Source: Octopus vulgaris (Eukaryota). From it: DNA of 64,000 bases. Below, piece after piece: positions 1 to 13,494 of this stretch; the stretch's first letter is position 1; every line of letters begins with the position of its first letter. The position numbers and the translations under genes were made by a program. The stretch covers positions 58,094,001 to 58,158,000 of the forward strand of contig OX597815.1 in assembly GCA_951406725.2 (NCBI GenBank). Direction: 5' to 3'. A model generated the notes under the pieces. It was given only the letters and a program-made list of their open reading frames with translations. It was not told where the DNA came from and made no database searches.

Positions 1-3000
1 GCTCCAAACATTGATTACTCACCTTAAACTTGTCAGCCCACTGCAGCTGTCTGTTTGTTCAGTAACACAGTTGAAACACAAAGAAATCTAAGAGTATTCT
101 TGGAATGTGTGCACTCTCCAAAATAGTCACTCAGCACCAGAAAAAAACCAGCATTGGTTGCCTTTGAACTAAAGAAATACATCATTGACATAGCTGCACT
201 CAGTGAAGCTCATTTTGTAGGATCATCACAGTTAGAAGAAAATAAAGGGGGATACATATTGCCATTAAAACAGAAATAGCTAGATCCTTTCTTTCTCTAC
301 CCAAAGGTATTTCTGATCGCATCGTGACACTAACATTGGAACTTGATCACAACACTTGTGCTATGCTCCAACCATGGCCAGCAATGAGCAGGAAAAGGAC
401 GAATTTTACAACCAACTCCATGATGTCGTCTCCAGTTGTCACCATAGGGATAAACTTATCCTTATGGATGACTTTAACACTCGTGTTGGTACTGACTATT
501 GGGAATGGGAGGGTGTTCTTGGTCACTATGGTGTAGGTTGAATGAATTCCAGCAGTCTGCATGTGCTCTCCATTTGCAGGGAATTTAGTCTAAGCATCAC
601 AAATACCATTTCTCAACAGTGAAATTGTTGCAAGATGACCTGTATGCATCCTAGATCTAAGGATTGGCATCTCATAAACTATGTGATCACTAAAAAACAA
701 AATATTAGGGACTTTAACATTATACGTTCCTTTCATAACACCTGCTATCTCTCTGATCATTCTCTTTTCTGTAGTAAGGCTACATTCCATCTGAAACACA
801 CAGGACTACAAAAGTCATCAGTGCCTAAGTGCATTAATTTTCTGCCTTTGAAAACTGTCAAAAAGCAGGCTGAGCTCTCTATCAAATTGGACACTGCACT
901 CAACATTGTTGATATCAGTAGAGGTTCTTGGACTTTCTGTTTGTAAACATCAAGATTGGTTCAATGATAACAACACATATGTCCAACAGTTGATAGATAA
1001 AATGCACAGCTCTCACAAAAGATGGATAAATGATGAGAGCTCATCCAGAAAAGAGAATGCTTACAAGAAATGTAGAGGCAAGGTCTAACATGCTCTGAGA
1101 CAGATGAAGGAGGCTTGGTGGTGTTTCAAGGCTACTGAACTCCAAGAAGCTGCTGGCAGAAAGGATTCTAAAGCCTTTTATGATGGCCTCAAGAAAGTGT
1201 ATGATCCTCAAGAGCGTGACAAACCTGATGTTCTGAAATGATGGAAAGATCACTTTGAACCCGTATTGAACTCCACCTCAGTCACTAATGATAATGTCAT
1301 AATGTCTGTTCCACAGCACACTGAAATACAGGAACTGTCTCTGGAGCCAACCTTTCTGGAAGTGGTAAACTCTATTAAAAAGATCTCTTCTGATAAAGTA
1401 CCTGGCAGGGATGCTATCCCTCCTGAAATCTGCAAACATGGTGGACAGAAGATTTAAGAAACTGTATGACCTCTTCATAAACATTTGGAAGGTAGGCCAT
1501 GTACCACTGGACTTCAAGGATGCCTCAATTCAACATCTTTATAAGAACAAAGGAAACAGAAGTGTCTGTGATAATCATTGTGGAATATTGCTTCTGTCTA
1601 TTGCTGGTAAGATTCTTGCTCAATTCATTCTTGACAGGATCATCAAACACGTTGTAAATGATATCTCTCCAGAATCACAGTGCGGATTTTGCTCTGGTCA
1701 TGGACATGATCTTTTTCCTCTGACATGTCATGGAGAAGGTGCATGAAAACAAATCAAGAGTTGTTCTTGATATTTGTGGACCTTACTAAGGCTGTTGACA
1801 CTGTTGACACTATGGAAAGTTCTGCAAAAGCTTGGTATACCTGACAAGATGTTGAATGTTATCATATCCTTTCATGAGGGAATGAAGGCTGCTGTCATGT
1901 CCAGTGGGGAATCTTTGGCTTCCTTCGACATTACAAATGGCACAAAGTAAGGTTGTGTTATGCCCTCTATATGCTTTTGGTGATATACAAAGTGGTGGAC
2001 TATTCAATCATCAGTGTTTCAAAGCCAGAACACTGCTATGCACCAGTATCATTCATGATCTACATTTTGCAGATGCTACTGCACTAGGAGTGACCTCCTT
2101 AGAAGAAGCTCAGGAACTTCTAGACTGGTGTTTTGCTGCATGTAAAGCCTTTGGTTTAACCATCAACATAAAGAAGATGGAAGTAATGCACCAACCTTAC
2201 CCTACTCCTAAACAAAATCGAGGTGTCAAGCAGAGACTACTGGTTTACAATTTTCCTGACAATCCTATACAGGTTGATGGGAAAAGCCTAAATTATGTAT
2301 AGTGAATTTGAGTGCTTCCCTTAATGATGAAATCGTCAACCATCTTGCAAAAGCAACCAATGCATTAGGCAAACTCCATCATCGCCTATGGAATGAAAAG
2401 GACATCAAACTTGAAACCAAAGTACATGTCTATAAAGCAGCCATTCTTACTGCTCTCTTTTATGACTCAGAATCATAGATACCCTATAGACAACACATTA
2501 ACCAACTAGACATCTTGCACAAAGACTGACTGAAGACAATCTGCAATATTCACTAAAAGACAAAGTTTCTAATTCTGACTTGTTTAGCAAGTGTAAGATT
2601 AGTGGAATTGAGAGCTTCCTTATACAATCACAATTGCACTGGGCTGGCCGTGTCATCAGAATACCCAAAGTCTTCATGTACAGCCAGCTTGAGAGTAGGC
2701 ACAGGAATATTGGTTGACCATGGCTCAGATATAAGGACAAGCTGAAGAGTAACCTCTTAGAGATGAAGATAGCTGATAACACTTTTGAGCGAACAGCCTT
2801 GAAACGAACTAAGTTGAGATCAGTGTGTTGAAATGGTATTAAAAACTTGTTGCAACTAGCATTAATAGGCTTCAAGGTACAAAGCAAAGGAGAAAAGTGG
2901 CTGCAAATATACCACCTGCACTGAGCTGTAATCATCATACTTACAAAATCTGTGGCCTTCTTTGCAAATCATTGGCAGGACTTAAATGTCACATTTGACA

Positions 3001-3077
3001 TAAGCATTATGACTGACCAAGAAAGAGTACATTGTTGGAGCCTCATACGTTGAAACCAATGGGAGAGGCAACCTCCA

Positions 3078-3079
<2 letters not shown>
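1..3079 (+). mobile_element. RTE-clade (BovB-like) LINE, near full length, decayed
   Basis: APE motifs (WNVxTL near 101, CYAPT, DDFNTRVG, SDH), RT motifs (KVPGRDAIP, PESQCGF, VDLTKA, FADA), C-terminal 'QLHWAGRV' region and zinc-finger remnant; many stops and frameshifts. Confidence 0.9.
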
Positions 3080-3117
<38 letters not shown>

Positions 3118-3123
<6 letters not shown>

Positions 3124-3365
3124 ATTGCAGCGTGGAAGGTGTTTGTAAGCCATTTAAGAAACACACAAAAGCCGTTCGATTCACTTCAACATTTAAGTTT
3201 AATTTGTCAAAATATTTTCGGCGCTTTAAGACTGCAACCTGTTCACTGACAAGAAATCCGTGCTGCATCTCTTAAATGGCTTACAAACACCTTCCACATT
3301 ACAATTGTTTTCGTTTCAGCACACGATCTCAGATCAAATCACTTGCTATGCAAGTACATCTCCGT
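3118..3365 (-). mobile_element. Short PLE-type terminus with about 42-bp inverted repeat enclosing a hammerhead motif
   Basis: Arms about 3118-3159 and 3269-3311 are near-perfect reverse complements; element sits in (TA)n. Confidence 0.6.
3204..3252 (-). ncRNA. Minimal type-I hammerhead ribozyme, G3-C8 core variant
   Basis: Minus strand reads TTGTCA-GTGAACA-GGTTGC..GCGCC-GAA-AATATT-T-TGACAA: 6-bp stem I, core GUGAACA, short stem II, palindromic stem III. Confidence 0.65.
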
Positions 3366-3428
3366 AATATATATATATATATGTCACATATATATAAATA
3401 AATATATATATATATATGTATATATGTT

Positions 3429-3469
<41 letters not shown>

Positions 3470-3621
3470 GTAAGCGCAGATTTAGCGGGATAATAGTATC
3501 CATATTTACTCTCAGCATCAATTAGCTATGCTGTCCCTGGGTATAGGTATGCAGGCATACTATGCTCATAGGGTACAGGTAACAACACAATAAACAAAAG
3601 TTTATCTGGAATGAAATTTAA

Positions 3622-3709
3622 ATAATCAGAAAATGGAGAAAACTTTTGATCAACAAACAAATGTTACTGTTTATTTATTGATCAAAAGTTTTCTCTATTT
3701 TCTGATTAT
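3622..3709. repeat. About 40-bp inverted repeat (PLE-type terminus)
   Basis: ataatcagaaaatggagaaaacttttgatcaa... versus ...ttgatcaaaagttttctctattttctgattat. Confidence 0.7.
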
Positions 3710-3724
3710 ATATATATATAAATA

Positions 3725-4996
3725 CAGGGTGTGATGGGTAAATTGTCACCATTTTATATTTTTAATTTTGCACATGCACATTGTTTTTATTTTCTCAATT
3801 TTACAGTATAGTAGGGGCAGTTGGACATCATCTGTAAGGAAAACAGCACCATAACACAATTCACTCTGCCAGAATTTTGGAAGTTACATGCTGTACTGCT
3901 TGGCATTTATGCCTGAACCTCCAATACAAACATTTCAGAGTGTTTGGGTGTCAATCTGAGGACAGTGCAAAGGATTCAGAAAGAGTTGGATGAGTCTAAT
4001 GTTGATTACGAAGGTACTGCAGCTCGGAAAACTCACTCTGATTGTTCTGATAAGAAAAGAACTCCTGAATTTGTTGGTGAGATCCAGGCTATGATTGACG
4101 ATCCCTCCAAGTCAATCAGGTTTATCGCTAGGGCCATGGGAGTGTCTGAGTTTCTTATCAGGCAGGTAGTGCATGAAAACATTCGGTATTCCTCATACAA
4201 GATGAGAAAGAGCCAATTTTTATCCCAAGCCATCAAGGACAAGAGGAAAGACCATACTATGAAACTTTTGAACAAACTCAAGCATCCCCTCCAACTGAAC
4301 ATGCTTTGGTTTTTCTCAGACGAGAAAATTTCTGCTAGAATCAGATAGTGAACACACAGAACAACCGTTGGCTTGCTGTGTCCCCAAAACATGTACCAAG
4401 AGTGATAAAAATCAAACATCGATTCAACATCATGGTGTTTGGAGTGATCACTAGGGATGGTGACGTTATGTCTTCATTTATTTTCTCACACAACCTCAGT
4501 CCTACATCAAGGACAACATGGAGGCCTACATCAAATGCCTGGAGGAGGTAGTGTTACACTGGATCGAAAGGGTGGCTGCAGGAAAACCCTATGTCTGGCA
4601 ACAGGACTCTGCACCATGCCACACAAGCAGGAGAACCCAGTCATGGCTGTCAGATAATTTCTGTGACCTCATCACCCCTAATATCTGACCACCTAACTCC
4701 CTAGACTGTAACCCCCTTGATTATTATGTGTGGGGAGCAGTTGAGCAAGAGATTAACAAAACTCCTTGTAACACCAAGGCAAGGATTATGGCAACATTCA
4801 CCAACTTAAAAATGGAGACCAGCCAGAAGAGCTGCAGGAGATTCCAAAGTCATCTAGAGGTTGCATTGAAGCTAATGGTGATTTTATTGAATAAAATATT
4901 TTTATGTAATTTTAGTAAATATATCTGTTAAAATGAGTTATCAGTGTTATTTTCATGTTTGCATAATTTAGATGACAATTTATTCACTGCACCCTG
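3725..4996 (+). mobile_element. Tc1/mariner superfamily DD37D (maT-like) transposon, full length, inactivated
   Basis: TIRs CAGGGTG...CACCCTG with TA flanks; WFFSDEK, VWQQDSAPCH and PPNSLDCNPLDYYVWG with 37 residues between the second and third Asp; frameshifts. Confidence 0.88.
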
Positions 4997-5032
<36 letters not shown>

Positions 5033-5144
5033 TGAAGAAAGACGTTTATAATTATGAACAAGTCACAATTATAACTAAGAGGGTTAAAAACAGCAGCCAA
5101 AACCACCATAAATCCATTATATCACTCATTTCTCCTCATACGTG

Positions 5145-5196
<52 letters not shown>

Positions 5197-5197
<1 letters not shown>

Positions 5198-6370
5198 TAG
5201 CTGGTGTATCCGGTAATTCCCGGGGGTAAAGATGTTCTATTGAAACGCCTTATTACTCTGATATAAGAAAGCAATTGAGTTATGACTGCTACAAAAGGTG
5301 TATTTTCCCTCACGGAAAAGTACAAAAAACTGTCAGCAGGAGGAGGAAGATATTGTTGGAGGTTGTCGAGAGGTTGGTGAGAAAGTACTCTGACTTGTCG
5401 TGGCATTTTAAAGGTGAACTTTATGAAGGCTAATTTATTAAAGGTAATATATAAATGTAGTATATATGTATATAAATATATGAATGAAGTGTTTAATGTT
5501 TAAGAATGAAATGCAGAAAGTGCAATAATAACATTCACACTCACTGATGGTCGCTCTCAGTAACTGCCTTTAGCTTACGAAGTTCTTGTTTTTATAACTA
5601 CGGAAAAGCAGCCAGAAAGATAGACATATTGTTGAGAACAAATGATTTCACTGGAGGTCTGTTATCTCCATTCCAACCCCTGGTGGCCTAGAAGAGATTA
5701 GAAGGGTCAAGTGGCAAAGACATTATTCTGCTTAGCTAAGGCATCTAGGAAATGTATAACTGCTGTCATTCATAGAAAAACTATTGTTTTACCGTGAGAA
5801 AAGCGCTGTTGAAGTGTTATGTGAAATTTGGCCATCGAGGATCACATCCACACTTTGCCTGCATGGAGCCACTACAAATATGTTGTGGAATAAAAAATTT
5901 ATCTACTGTCATGGAAAAAGTGTAACTGTAAAAATGCAGAATTATCGGAGTAATGCGCATTCAAAAGAGTATTTATGTATAGAACTGTATGAATGAAGTC
6001 TTTAAGGTTTAAGATTCAAATCAAGGGAGTGCAATAATAATGTTTAGCAGTTCAAAACTGAGTAGTGAAATGCAGAATTAGGTCAGATGATCATGAGAAT
6101 CAAATATTGATCGCTTCTCTAAAAACTGCAGGTGGTATGGGTTGTTTAAATAAAATGTTAGTAATATGTAGTAGATAGAAGGATCCATTGGATGGGCCCC
6201 ATTATTGATTTTTTTTCAACAATCTAAGTATGTCATGAGGTTTCCAGACATGAGTTCTACAAAAATTAGAAATTGGACACACAAAAAATCAATATTCAAA
6301 GTAATTGAACATAAACAATGAAACCTGTAAAATATTTCTAAATTCGATGGCTCAGTTAGTTTCATGAAAA
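5197..6370 (-). mobile_element. Possible non-autonomous Helitron remnant
   Basis: Minus-strand 3' end CTAG at 5197-5200 next to a GC hairpin (ccgg..ccgg, about 5210-5224); FSHG-like scraps on the minus strand. Right boundary uncertain. Confidence 0.35.
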
Positions 6371-6376
6371 TGTTGT

Positions 6377-7487
6377 CATCATCATCATCATCATTGTTTA
6401 ACGTCTGTGTTCCATGCTAGCATGGGTTGGATGGTTCGACCGGGGCCTGGGAAGCCAGGAGGCTGCACCAGGCTCCAGTCTGATCTGGCAGTGTTTCTAC
6501 AGCTGGATGCCCTTCCTAACGCCAGCCTCTCCGTGAGCGTAATGGGTACTGGCATTGGCCATGTTCAGATGGTGTATTTTACATGCCACCGGCACAGGTA
6601 TCACAACTACTATTTCCATTTGATTTTTTGATGTTGATGTACTTGACTCAATAGGTCTCCTCAGGCACAGTGTGTGTATATATATATATATATCATCGTC
6701 GTCATCATCATCATTTTACGTCCGCTTTCCATGCTAGCATGGGTTGGATGATTTGACAGAGGTCTGGCGAACCAGATGGCTGCGCCAGGCTCCAATCAGA
6801 TCTGGAGAGCTTCCACAGCCGGATGCTTTTCCTAACGCCAACCACTCTGAGAGTGTAGTGGGTGCTTTTACGTGCCACCTGCACGAGAGCCAGTCTGGCA
6901 GTACTGGCTACGGCCATGCTCGAAATGGTGTTTCATTACATGCTACCAGCACAGGGGTCAGTCCAGCGGCACTGGCAATAACCTCGCTCGAATGTTTTGT
7001 TCACGTGCCAGTAAGGCAACGCTGGTAACGATCACGCTCAAATGGTGCTTTTTATGTACCCACCGGCACAGAAGGCAGACAGCTGCTCTGGCAGTGATCC
7101 CGCTCAGATGGAGCTATTAGCACTCCACTGGCACAGGTGCCAGTCATCGAATTTGGTTCAATTTCGATTTCACTTGCCCCAACAGGTCTTTGCAAGCAGA
7201 GTTTAGTGTCCAATGAAGAGAGGTTGGCATGGGAGCCAGTCGTCGAATTTGGTTTGATATCGAATTCAATATCGAGTTCACTTGCCTCAACAGGTCTTCG
7301 CAAGCAGAGTTTTATGTCCAAAGAAGGAAAGGTATGCATAAGTGGGCTGGCTACAACCCTGGTAAAAGCCATGGGCTATGGTCTCACTTATCCTGCCAGG
7401 TCTTCTCACGCACAGCATATTTCCAAAGGTCTCAGTCACTAGTCATTGCCTCGGTGGGGCCTAATGTTCGAAAGTCGTGCTCATGGT
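6377..7487 (-). mobile_element. Two 5'-truncated RTE 3' ends with (GAT)n tails and internal short repeats
   Basis: (CAT)n followed by ttccatgctagcatgggttggatg at about 6377 and 6693; same 3' UTR family as 25526-25715 and 33253-33700. Confidence 0.75.
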
Positions 7488-9040
7488 AAGTTTACCAAGG
7501 GCCACTATTTGGAACTGCTCGAAAAGAAGATCCATAAAAATTACAAGATCACCGGTATGAATACTCTCAGGCAGGCTAACCTTGAAGCTAAAGGAATTAT
7601 GGAATCGTATGGATTACAGATGAAGACAGAACCGTTGAACCCCAAGCAACCTCAGTTTATTTTAAAAGACCACAAACAGAACTTTTATACTAACCCATCA
7701 TTACGGCTTATATGTCCTTCCAGCTCAGACATCGGTACACTTAGTAAATACATATTAGATAAGTATATCCCTACATTAATCAATAAATTAAAACTTTGCT
7801 TATGGTCTAATTCTTTTCAAGTTGTACATTCGTTTACTTCTATTACTAATAAGGTTAACACTAAATTTATTCAGTGTGATATATCTAGCTTCTATTCATC
7901 AATCAACCCTATTATACTCAATAAGGCACCCTAGCATGCACACAACAAAGCAGGTCCCTCTGGAGAAGAAATTAATGTGGTACTGGCTGCTAGAAATTCA
8001 TTCATCAAGTTTGATAACAAGTTGTGGGTCTGGAAGGATACTCCCAATGCGTTCGATGTACTAATGGGAAGTACAGATTCCGTTCAAATTTCTGATTTGG
8101 TCGGAATATATATACTTTATGAAATGGCCGACCAGTTCCCGGACATCTGTGGAGGTCTATATCGTGATGATTGTCTGCTTTACCTCCAAAACATTTCAAA
8201 TCAAAAAATACAGGTTAAGAATAGATTAGTTAGGTTTTTTCGTAGAATGGGCTTTCACATCATTTTTGACGATGAGTTAACTAAAGCTAACTTCTTAGAT
8301 ATTATTCTTAATTTACAAAATAACTCGTACTTCCCATACCACAAACCTTCCATAAATCTCAAATATATTAGTCCTTACAGTAATCACGCTAGGGCAATTA
8401 CTAAGAATTTAGTTAAAAACATATCACTTAGATTATATAAATTATCTGCCAATGTTGACATTTTTAATGGCAAGGCAGAATTTTATAACTCTGCCTTGGT
8501 TAAAGCTGGCTATAAAGAGAAAGTGACATACATTGATTCTGCTCAATCTCGTCCTTCATCTACTGTTCAAGACAAAAAATCTAGTTGTAACAATAAGAGT
8601 GATTTTAATTCTAATAAACAACACAAAACATAATAAAATTCCTTTACGGAGTAAGAGAGGCAAGCGTTATTTAAGCTCATTTTTTCACTCTAGAGGTATT
8701 TCACCTTCCTATAAAGATAATACCACTTACAATTTGAATGTTACTAGGAAAACTATCTGGTTTGTAATTCCGTTTGGAAAACAAATTAAATCAAATTTTC
8801 CTTTGTGATTCCGTGAAGTGGTTGGTAAGAACTTTCCCAAAAATTCTAGATATTATTCAATTATTAACTCTCATATAGTTAGAGTTGCCTTCTCCAACAC
8901 AAAGAATCTTTCACAAATTATATCTTCTCACAATACTAATCTGCTAAATAAAAGTTCATTTTCTGGGAGTTCCAATATTAATCTTGTTAATTCCAACCCC
9001 TCACATAATAATAATTGCATCGAACTCTCTCATGCACCAA
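7488..9040 (+). mobile_element. Penelope-like element (Naiad-like), RT part
   Basis: LKDHKQNFYTNPSLRLICP, CDISSFYSSI, MGSTDSVQISDLVG, GGLYRDD, NFLDI, PYHKP..YISPYSNH; interrupted at about 9040. Confidence 0.85.
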
Positions 9041-9137
9041 ATAGCAGTTGCTAGAAAGCCTCCATGAAGTGAAACCAAGTAGCAACACCAAATGGCGGTG
9101 CCCCAGCATGGCCACAGCTCATAAGCTGAAACTAGAA
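9041..9137 (+). mobile_element. 3' tail fragment of CR1-group LINE
   Basis: ggcggtgccccagcatggccacagctc..ctgaaacta, matching LINE ends at about 23460, 39320, 45058 and 63080. Confidence 0.7.
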
Positions 9138-9188
9138 TCAATCAATCAATCAATCAATCATAGTAATAGTGCTGATAATCTATCTATC

Positions 9189-9225
<37 letters not shown>

Positions 9226-9529
9226 CAGCCAACACAAACCTCACCTTGGCTCTTTAGATGTTAACCAAATATGAAAGTATTATTTGACAGGCAAGAATTC
9301 TGGCGTTGAAGACAGCCAGCCAGCCAGCCAACCACCCAGCCAGCCAACTAGACAGACAGACACTACTGTGATGGGGATAATGATAAAAAACAAAAATAAC
9401 AATAAGATACTGCTGTGACTACACATAAAACAATATCATTGATGATGATGATGGTGATGGTGATGATGATAATGATGATAGTAATAGTGGCGATAATGAT
9501 AATAGCGATAATGATGGTGATGATGATAA

Positions 9530-12500
9530 CAATAATAAGCCGACTACGGCTGCTATAATGGTACGATTATAATTGTAATGGCAATGATGGCCGTCTCCCC
9601 ACGAGCCAATCAAAGCTCAAAAATGATAACATTATCGTAGCACCAAAATGTTTTTGGAAACTAAAAGGAAAACTAAATCAGTATACCAAATCACTTGTCC
9701 TACGGTTAATCTGGAAGCGCATCCCCCAGGGAAGAGCCAGCCTGGGATCGAAAAGTCATCAACTGACACAAACTCTTCTCCAAATATGGACATGGATGGT
9801 CACTTGAACGGGAAATTCCCCAACTCGAGCCCTCCAAGTTCACCACCACAACCACCACAGAAAGAAAAATGTAAGCGGAACAAATAGACCCGAGAAGAGT
9901 ATAAAGAAGTAATATACGCTTATTACTATGCATTAGGTAGGCCATCTCAAGAGAGACACACTGCAAACTCTTACAGTATATGGAGAACACGGAATCAAGA
10001 CAGTCGGCCCTATTTGGCAAATGTGAGGAGGGATATCCTTAGAAATAACAGACTCACAGACAGTGAAATAAGCGCGATCAAGCACGCAATGGAAAATGAC
10101 ATAAATATAAGACACAAAGGAAATGAAGAATCAGATGAACAGTATAGCCCGCCACGAGGCTTAATTGAAAGACTGCCATCTGACCAAAGTACGCAAAGGC
10201 CTGAAGATACAAGAAATTCTATTGAACCTGTTAAAGATAGCCAGGAAAATGATAAAACAACAGTAACTGAAGATCTCGCATTTGCTGAAGAACACAGAGA
10301 GTCTATGGCAGAAATGAGGCAGAAAATCCTGAATATGCTTGAAGTTGTAAGACATACAAGTATGAATGATAGAGAACCACTTCATAAACTCTCAAATACA
10401 AACCAAAATAAAAAACAAATCCAAATTGGCAACTATGTAACAAATGAAATAATACAAGAATTAAAACCTGATTTTACTGAGTTAAATGAAATTATTTACG
10501 CTTCTGCTAGGGCAATTGAAACCAGCTGTATGCCCCCGAAAAACAAAGAAAACCAAACATGGGAAGAAATCAAACCTAGAGAAGTAAAATTGAAAAAGAG
10601 ATTGAATTTATGAGAAGGGAAATATCAATATTAAATGAACTAATATGTGGAAATGATGTAAAATCCAGAACAGGAAGAAAGATGAAGAGAAAATTTGGAT
10701 CCTCACCAAGAGAACTGATATCAATAAAAGAAATGCTGAAACAAAAAGTCCAAGCAAAAGCCCAAAGAATACGAAGATTTGAGAAGAGAAACAAGTTTTA
10801 CAAGCAAAATAAGCTGTTCACATCCAATGCCAAAAAATTCTACAGAGAAATAGGGAAGGAGAAAGTAACTGTTAAAGACCCCCCTCCCATGGAAGAAGTT
10901 CAAAACTTTTGGAAAAGGATTTGGAGTGACAAGAAGACGTACAACACAAATGCAGACTGGATTATACAAACTGAAGGATCCTACCAAAATTTACAACAAC
11001 AAGCATGGGAAGACATCACAATAGCAGACCTAAGAAAGGCACTCATGAAGGCCCATAATTGGAAATCCCCTGGTAAAGATAGGGTGCCGAATTTCTGGCT
11101 CGCATCGCTCCCATGCGCACACGGTAAGCTAGTTCAGCTGCTCAATGGAATTATGAGAGACCCAAAGAAAACACCTGAATGGGTAGCAAGTGGTATTACT
11201 TACCTGCTCCCAAAGAATAACAAAACCAACCTTCCAAAAAACTATCGGCCTATAACCTGTCTATCCACCACATATAAAATCCTAACATCTATCCTGGCGG
11301 AGAAAACATATGCATTCATGGAGAAGAACGATATTTTCCCCATTGAACAAAAAGGGTGCCACCAAGGCTCATACGGATGCAAAGATCAACTACTAATTAA
11401 TCGTATGATCCTTGAGAACTGTCACAACAAGCGCAGAAATCTCAGCTCCGCATGGATTGACTACAAAAAGGCCTTCAACAGTATACCGCATCCATGGATC
11501 TTGAGATCGCTGGACATCTTCAAAATTTCCCCTGTGATTTCAAGCACAATATGTCGTTGTGGAATACGAATCTCCAATTATACCACTCTAATGGAGTACT
11601 TGCCTCAGAAAATATAAACATCAACTGTGGAATTTTTCAAGGTGACTCACTTTCACCTTTAATATTCTGCATAGCCCTAGTACCGCTTACAAGTGAATTA
11701 AATAGAACAGGGTATGGGTATAAAATTGCCAATAAAAAAATAAGCCATCTATTTTATATGGATAACTTAAAACTCTATGGTAAAGACGATAATGAACTTG
11801 AAGGCCTATTGCGCACTGTGAAAGCATTCAGCAATGACATCGGGATGGAGTTTGGGCTTGAGAAGTGTGCCAAGGCCACTTTCCAGAAAGGGAAAGTGAA
11901 GACCACAAATTCAGTCGTGTTAGATGTTGACACAGTCATAAGAGAGCTTGAGCAAGAACAAACGTACAAATATTTAGGGATAAATGAAGGCTCTGGTATT
12001 CAGCATGCAAGCATGAAAGAGAAGATCAGGAAGGAATGTTATAGGAGAGTTCGTGCAGTCCTGAAATCTGAACTAAATGCACGTAACAAGGTGTTAGCTA
12101 TAAATTCCTTAGCAGTTCCAGTTGTTACTTATAGCTACAATGTGTTGAACTGGAATATGAGTGAAGTAAAGAATATAGATAGAAAAATATGCAAGCTACT
12201 GAGTTGTAATAGGATGCACCACCCAAAGGCAGACGTAGATTGCCTTTACCTTCCCAGAACCCAAGGAGGTCGAGGCCTGATCCAATTTGAACTAGCTTAC
12301 AAAACAACCACAATTGGACTGGCCAAATATCTTGAAATAACGAATGACTGGATGCTAAAGCTCGTGGAAAATCACGAGAGACGAAAGAAGCTTCATTCTA
12401 TCATAAAGGAAAGCAAAAAATTTGCTATTGATCTCGTGCAGGATACCCAAACTGAACAACCCGAGGGAAGTACAGCAACTATTGTTGCAAAGAAGGTGAA

Positions 12501-13475
12501 AATAATGGCAACGAAAAAAGCGCACGAGCAATTGGCTGATAGGTGGGAGGAGAAACCTCTGCACGGCAAATATGTGGCCTGCAACAAACAAGCTGATGTT
12601 GACCAGAAGCAAACCCATCAGTGGCTACGGAGCTCAGGGCTAAAAGCAGAGAGCGAAGGTTTCATCCTGGCTGCTCAAGATCAAAGCCTATTAACCCGGA
12701 ACTACCAGTCCAATGTGATGAAAAATGGAGCAGACCCAAAATGTCGATTCTGCAACGACATGATTGAAACAGTGGACCACCTAATCTCTGGATGTAAAGT
12801 CTTAGCACCAGTGGAGTATAAATTAAGACATGACAGAATTGGCCAATATCTACACTGGCTAATAAGTCGGCATTACAATATCAAAACTGCCGACAAGTGG
12901 TATAATCACCCTGAAGCTGTAACTGAAGGAGAAAATGTAACGATTCTGTGGGACTTTCCAGTACATACAGACCAAACCATCAAAGCCAATAAACCAGATT
13001 TTGGTGTGAAAGACCAAAACAATAAAGTTTGCTTATTGATCGACATGAGCATCCCCTGTGATCATAATATCTCGGCGAAAGAGTTTGACAAGCTCAGAAA
13101 ATATAAAGACCTGCTCATTGAAATTGAGAAAATGTGGCATCTCAAGACGGTTACAATACCAGTGATCGTAGGAGCACTAGGAATGATCAAGAAGGGAACC
13201 GAAAATTATATGAGAATGATCTCTGGCTTACGATCCCTGCAAGAAGTGCAAAAGATTGTCTTAATTGGTACATCACACGTATTGAGAGGAGCATTGTCGA
13301 TGTGAGAACTATTACTACCCATGTATTTTAATTTAACTTAAAAAACAAAATGAACGAACTATTGAGTTTAGTTTAATGGCCTACCAATGTATACTATGAG
13401 TTTCTTTGCCCTAGGAGTCGGGAAGACACCCGGCAAGAGATGGAAGCAAATTTGAAAGAAGAAGAAAAAAAATAA
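9530..13475 (+). mobile_element. R4/Dong-clade non-LTR retrotransposon (RT plus restriction-like endonuclease), near full length
   Basis: Split ORF 9648-13305 with KNYRPITCL, WIDYKKAF, GIFQGDSLSPL, YMDNLK, CCHC finger CRFCNDMIETVDHLISGC, RHD and KPD..LIDMSIP..KY; flanked by (GAT/AAT)n and (AAT)n. Confidence 0.92.
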
Positions 13476-13494
13476 TAATAATAATAATAATAAC

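Noticed and set aside
6840-7150. CRISPR-like array of short repeats (ggtgcttttacgtgccacc..)
   Set aside because: Degenerate internal repeats of an RTE 3' UTR in a eukaryote, with no unique spacers and no cas genes.
9535-9630. HDV-like ribozyme at the Dong 5' end
   Set aside because: Expected for some R4-clade elements, but I could not assemble P1/P2/P4 pairings by eye.
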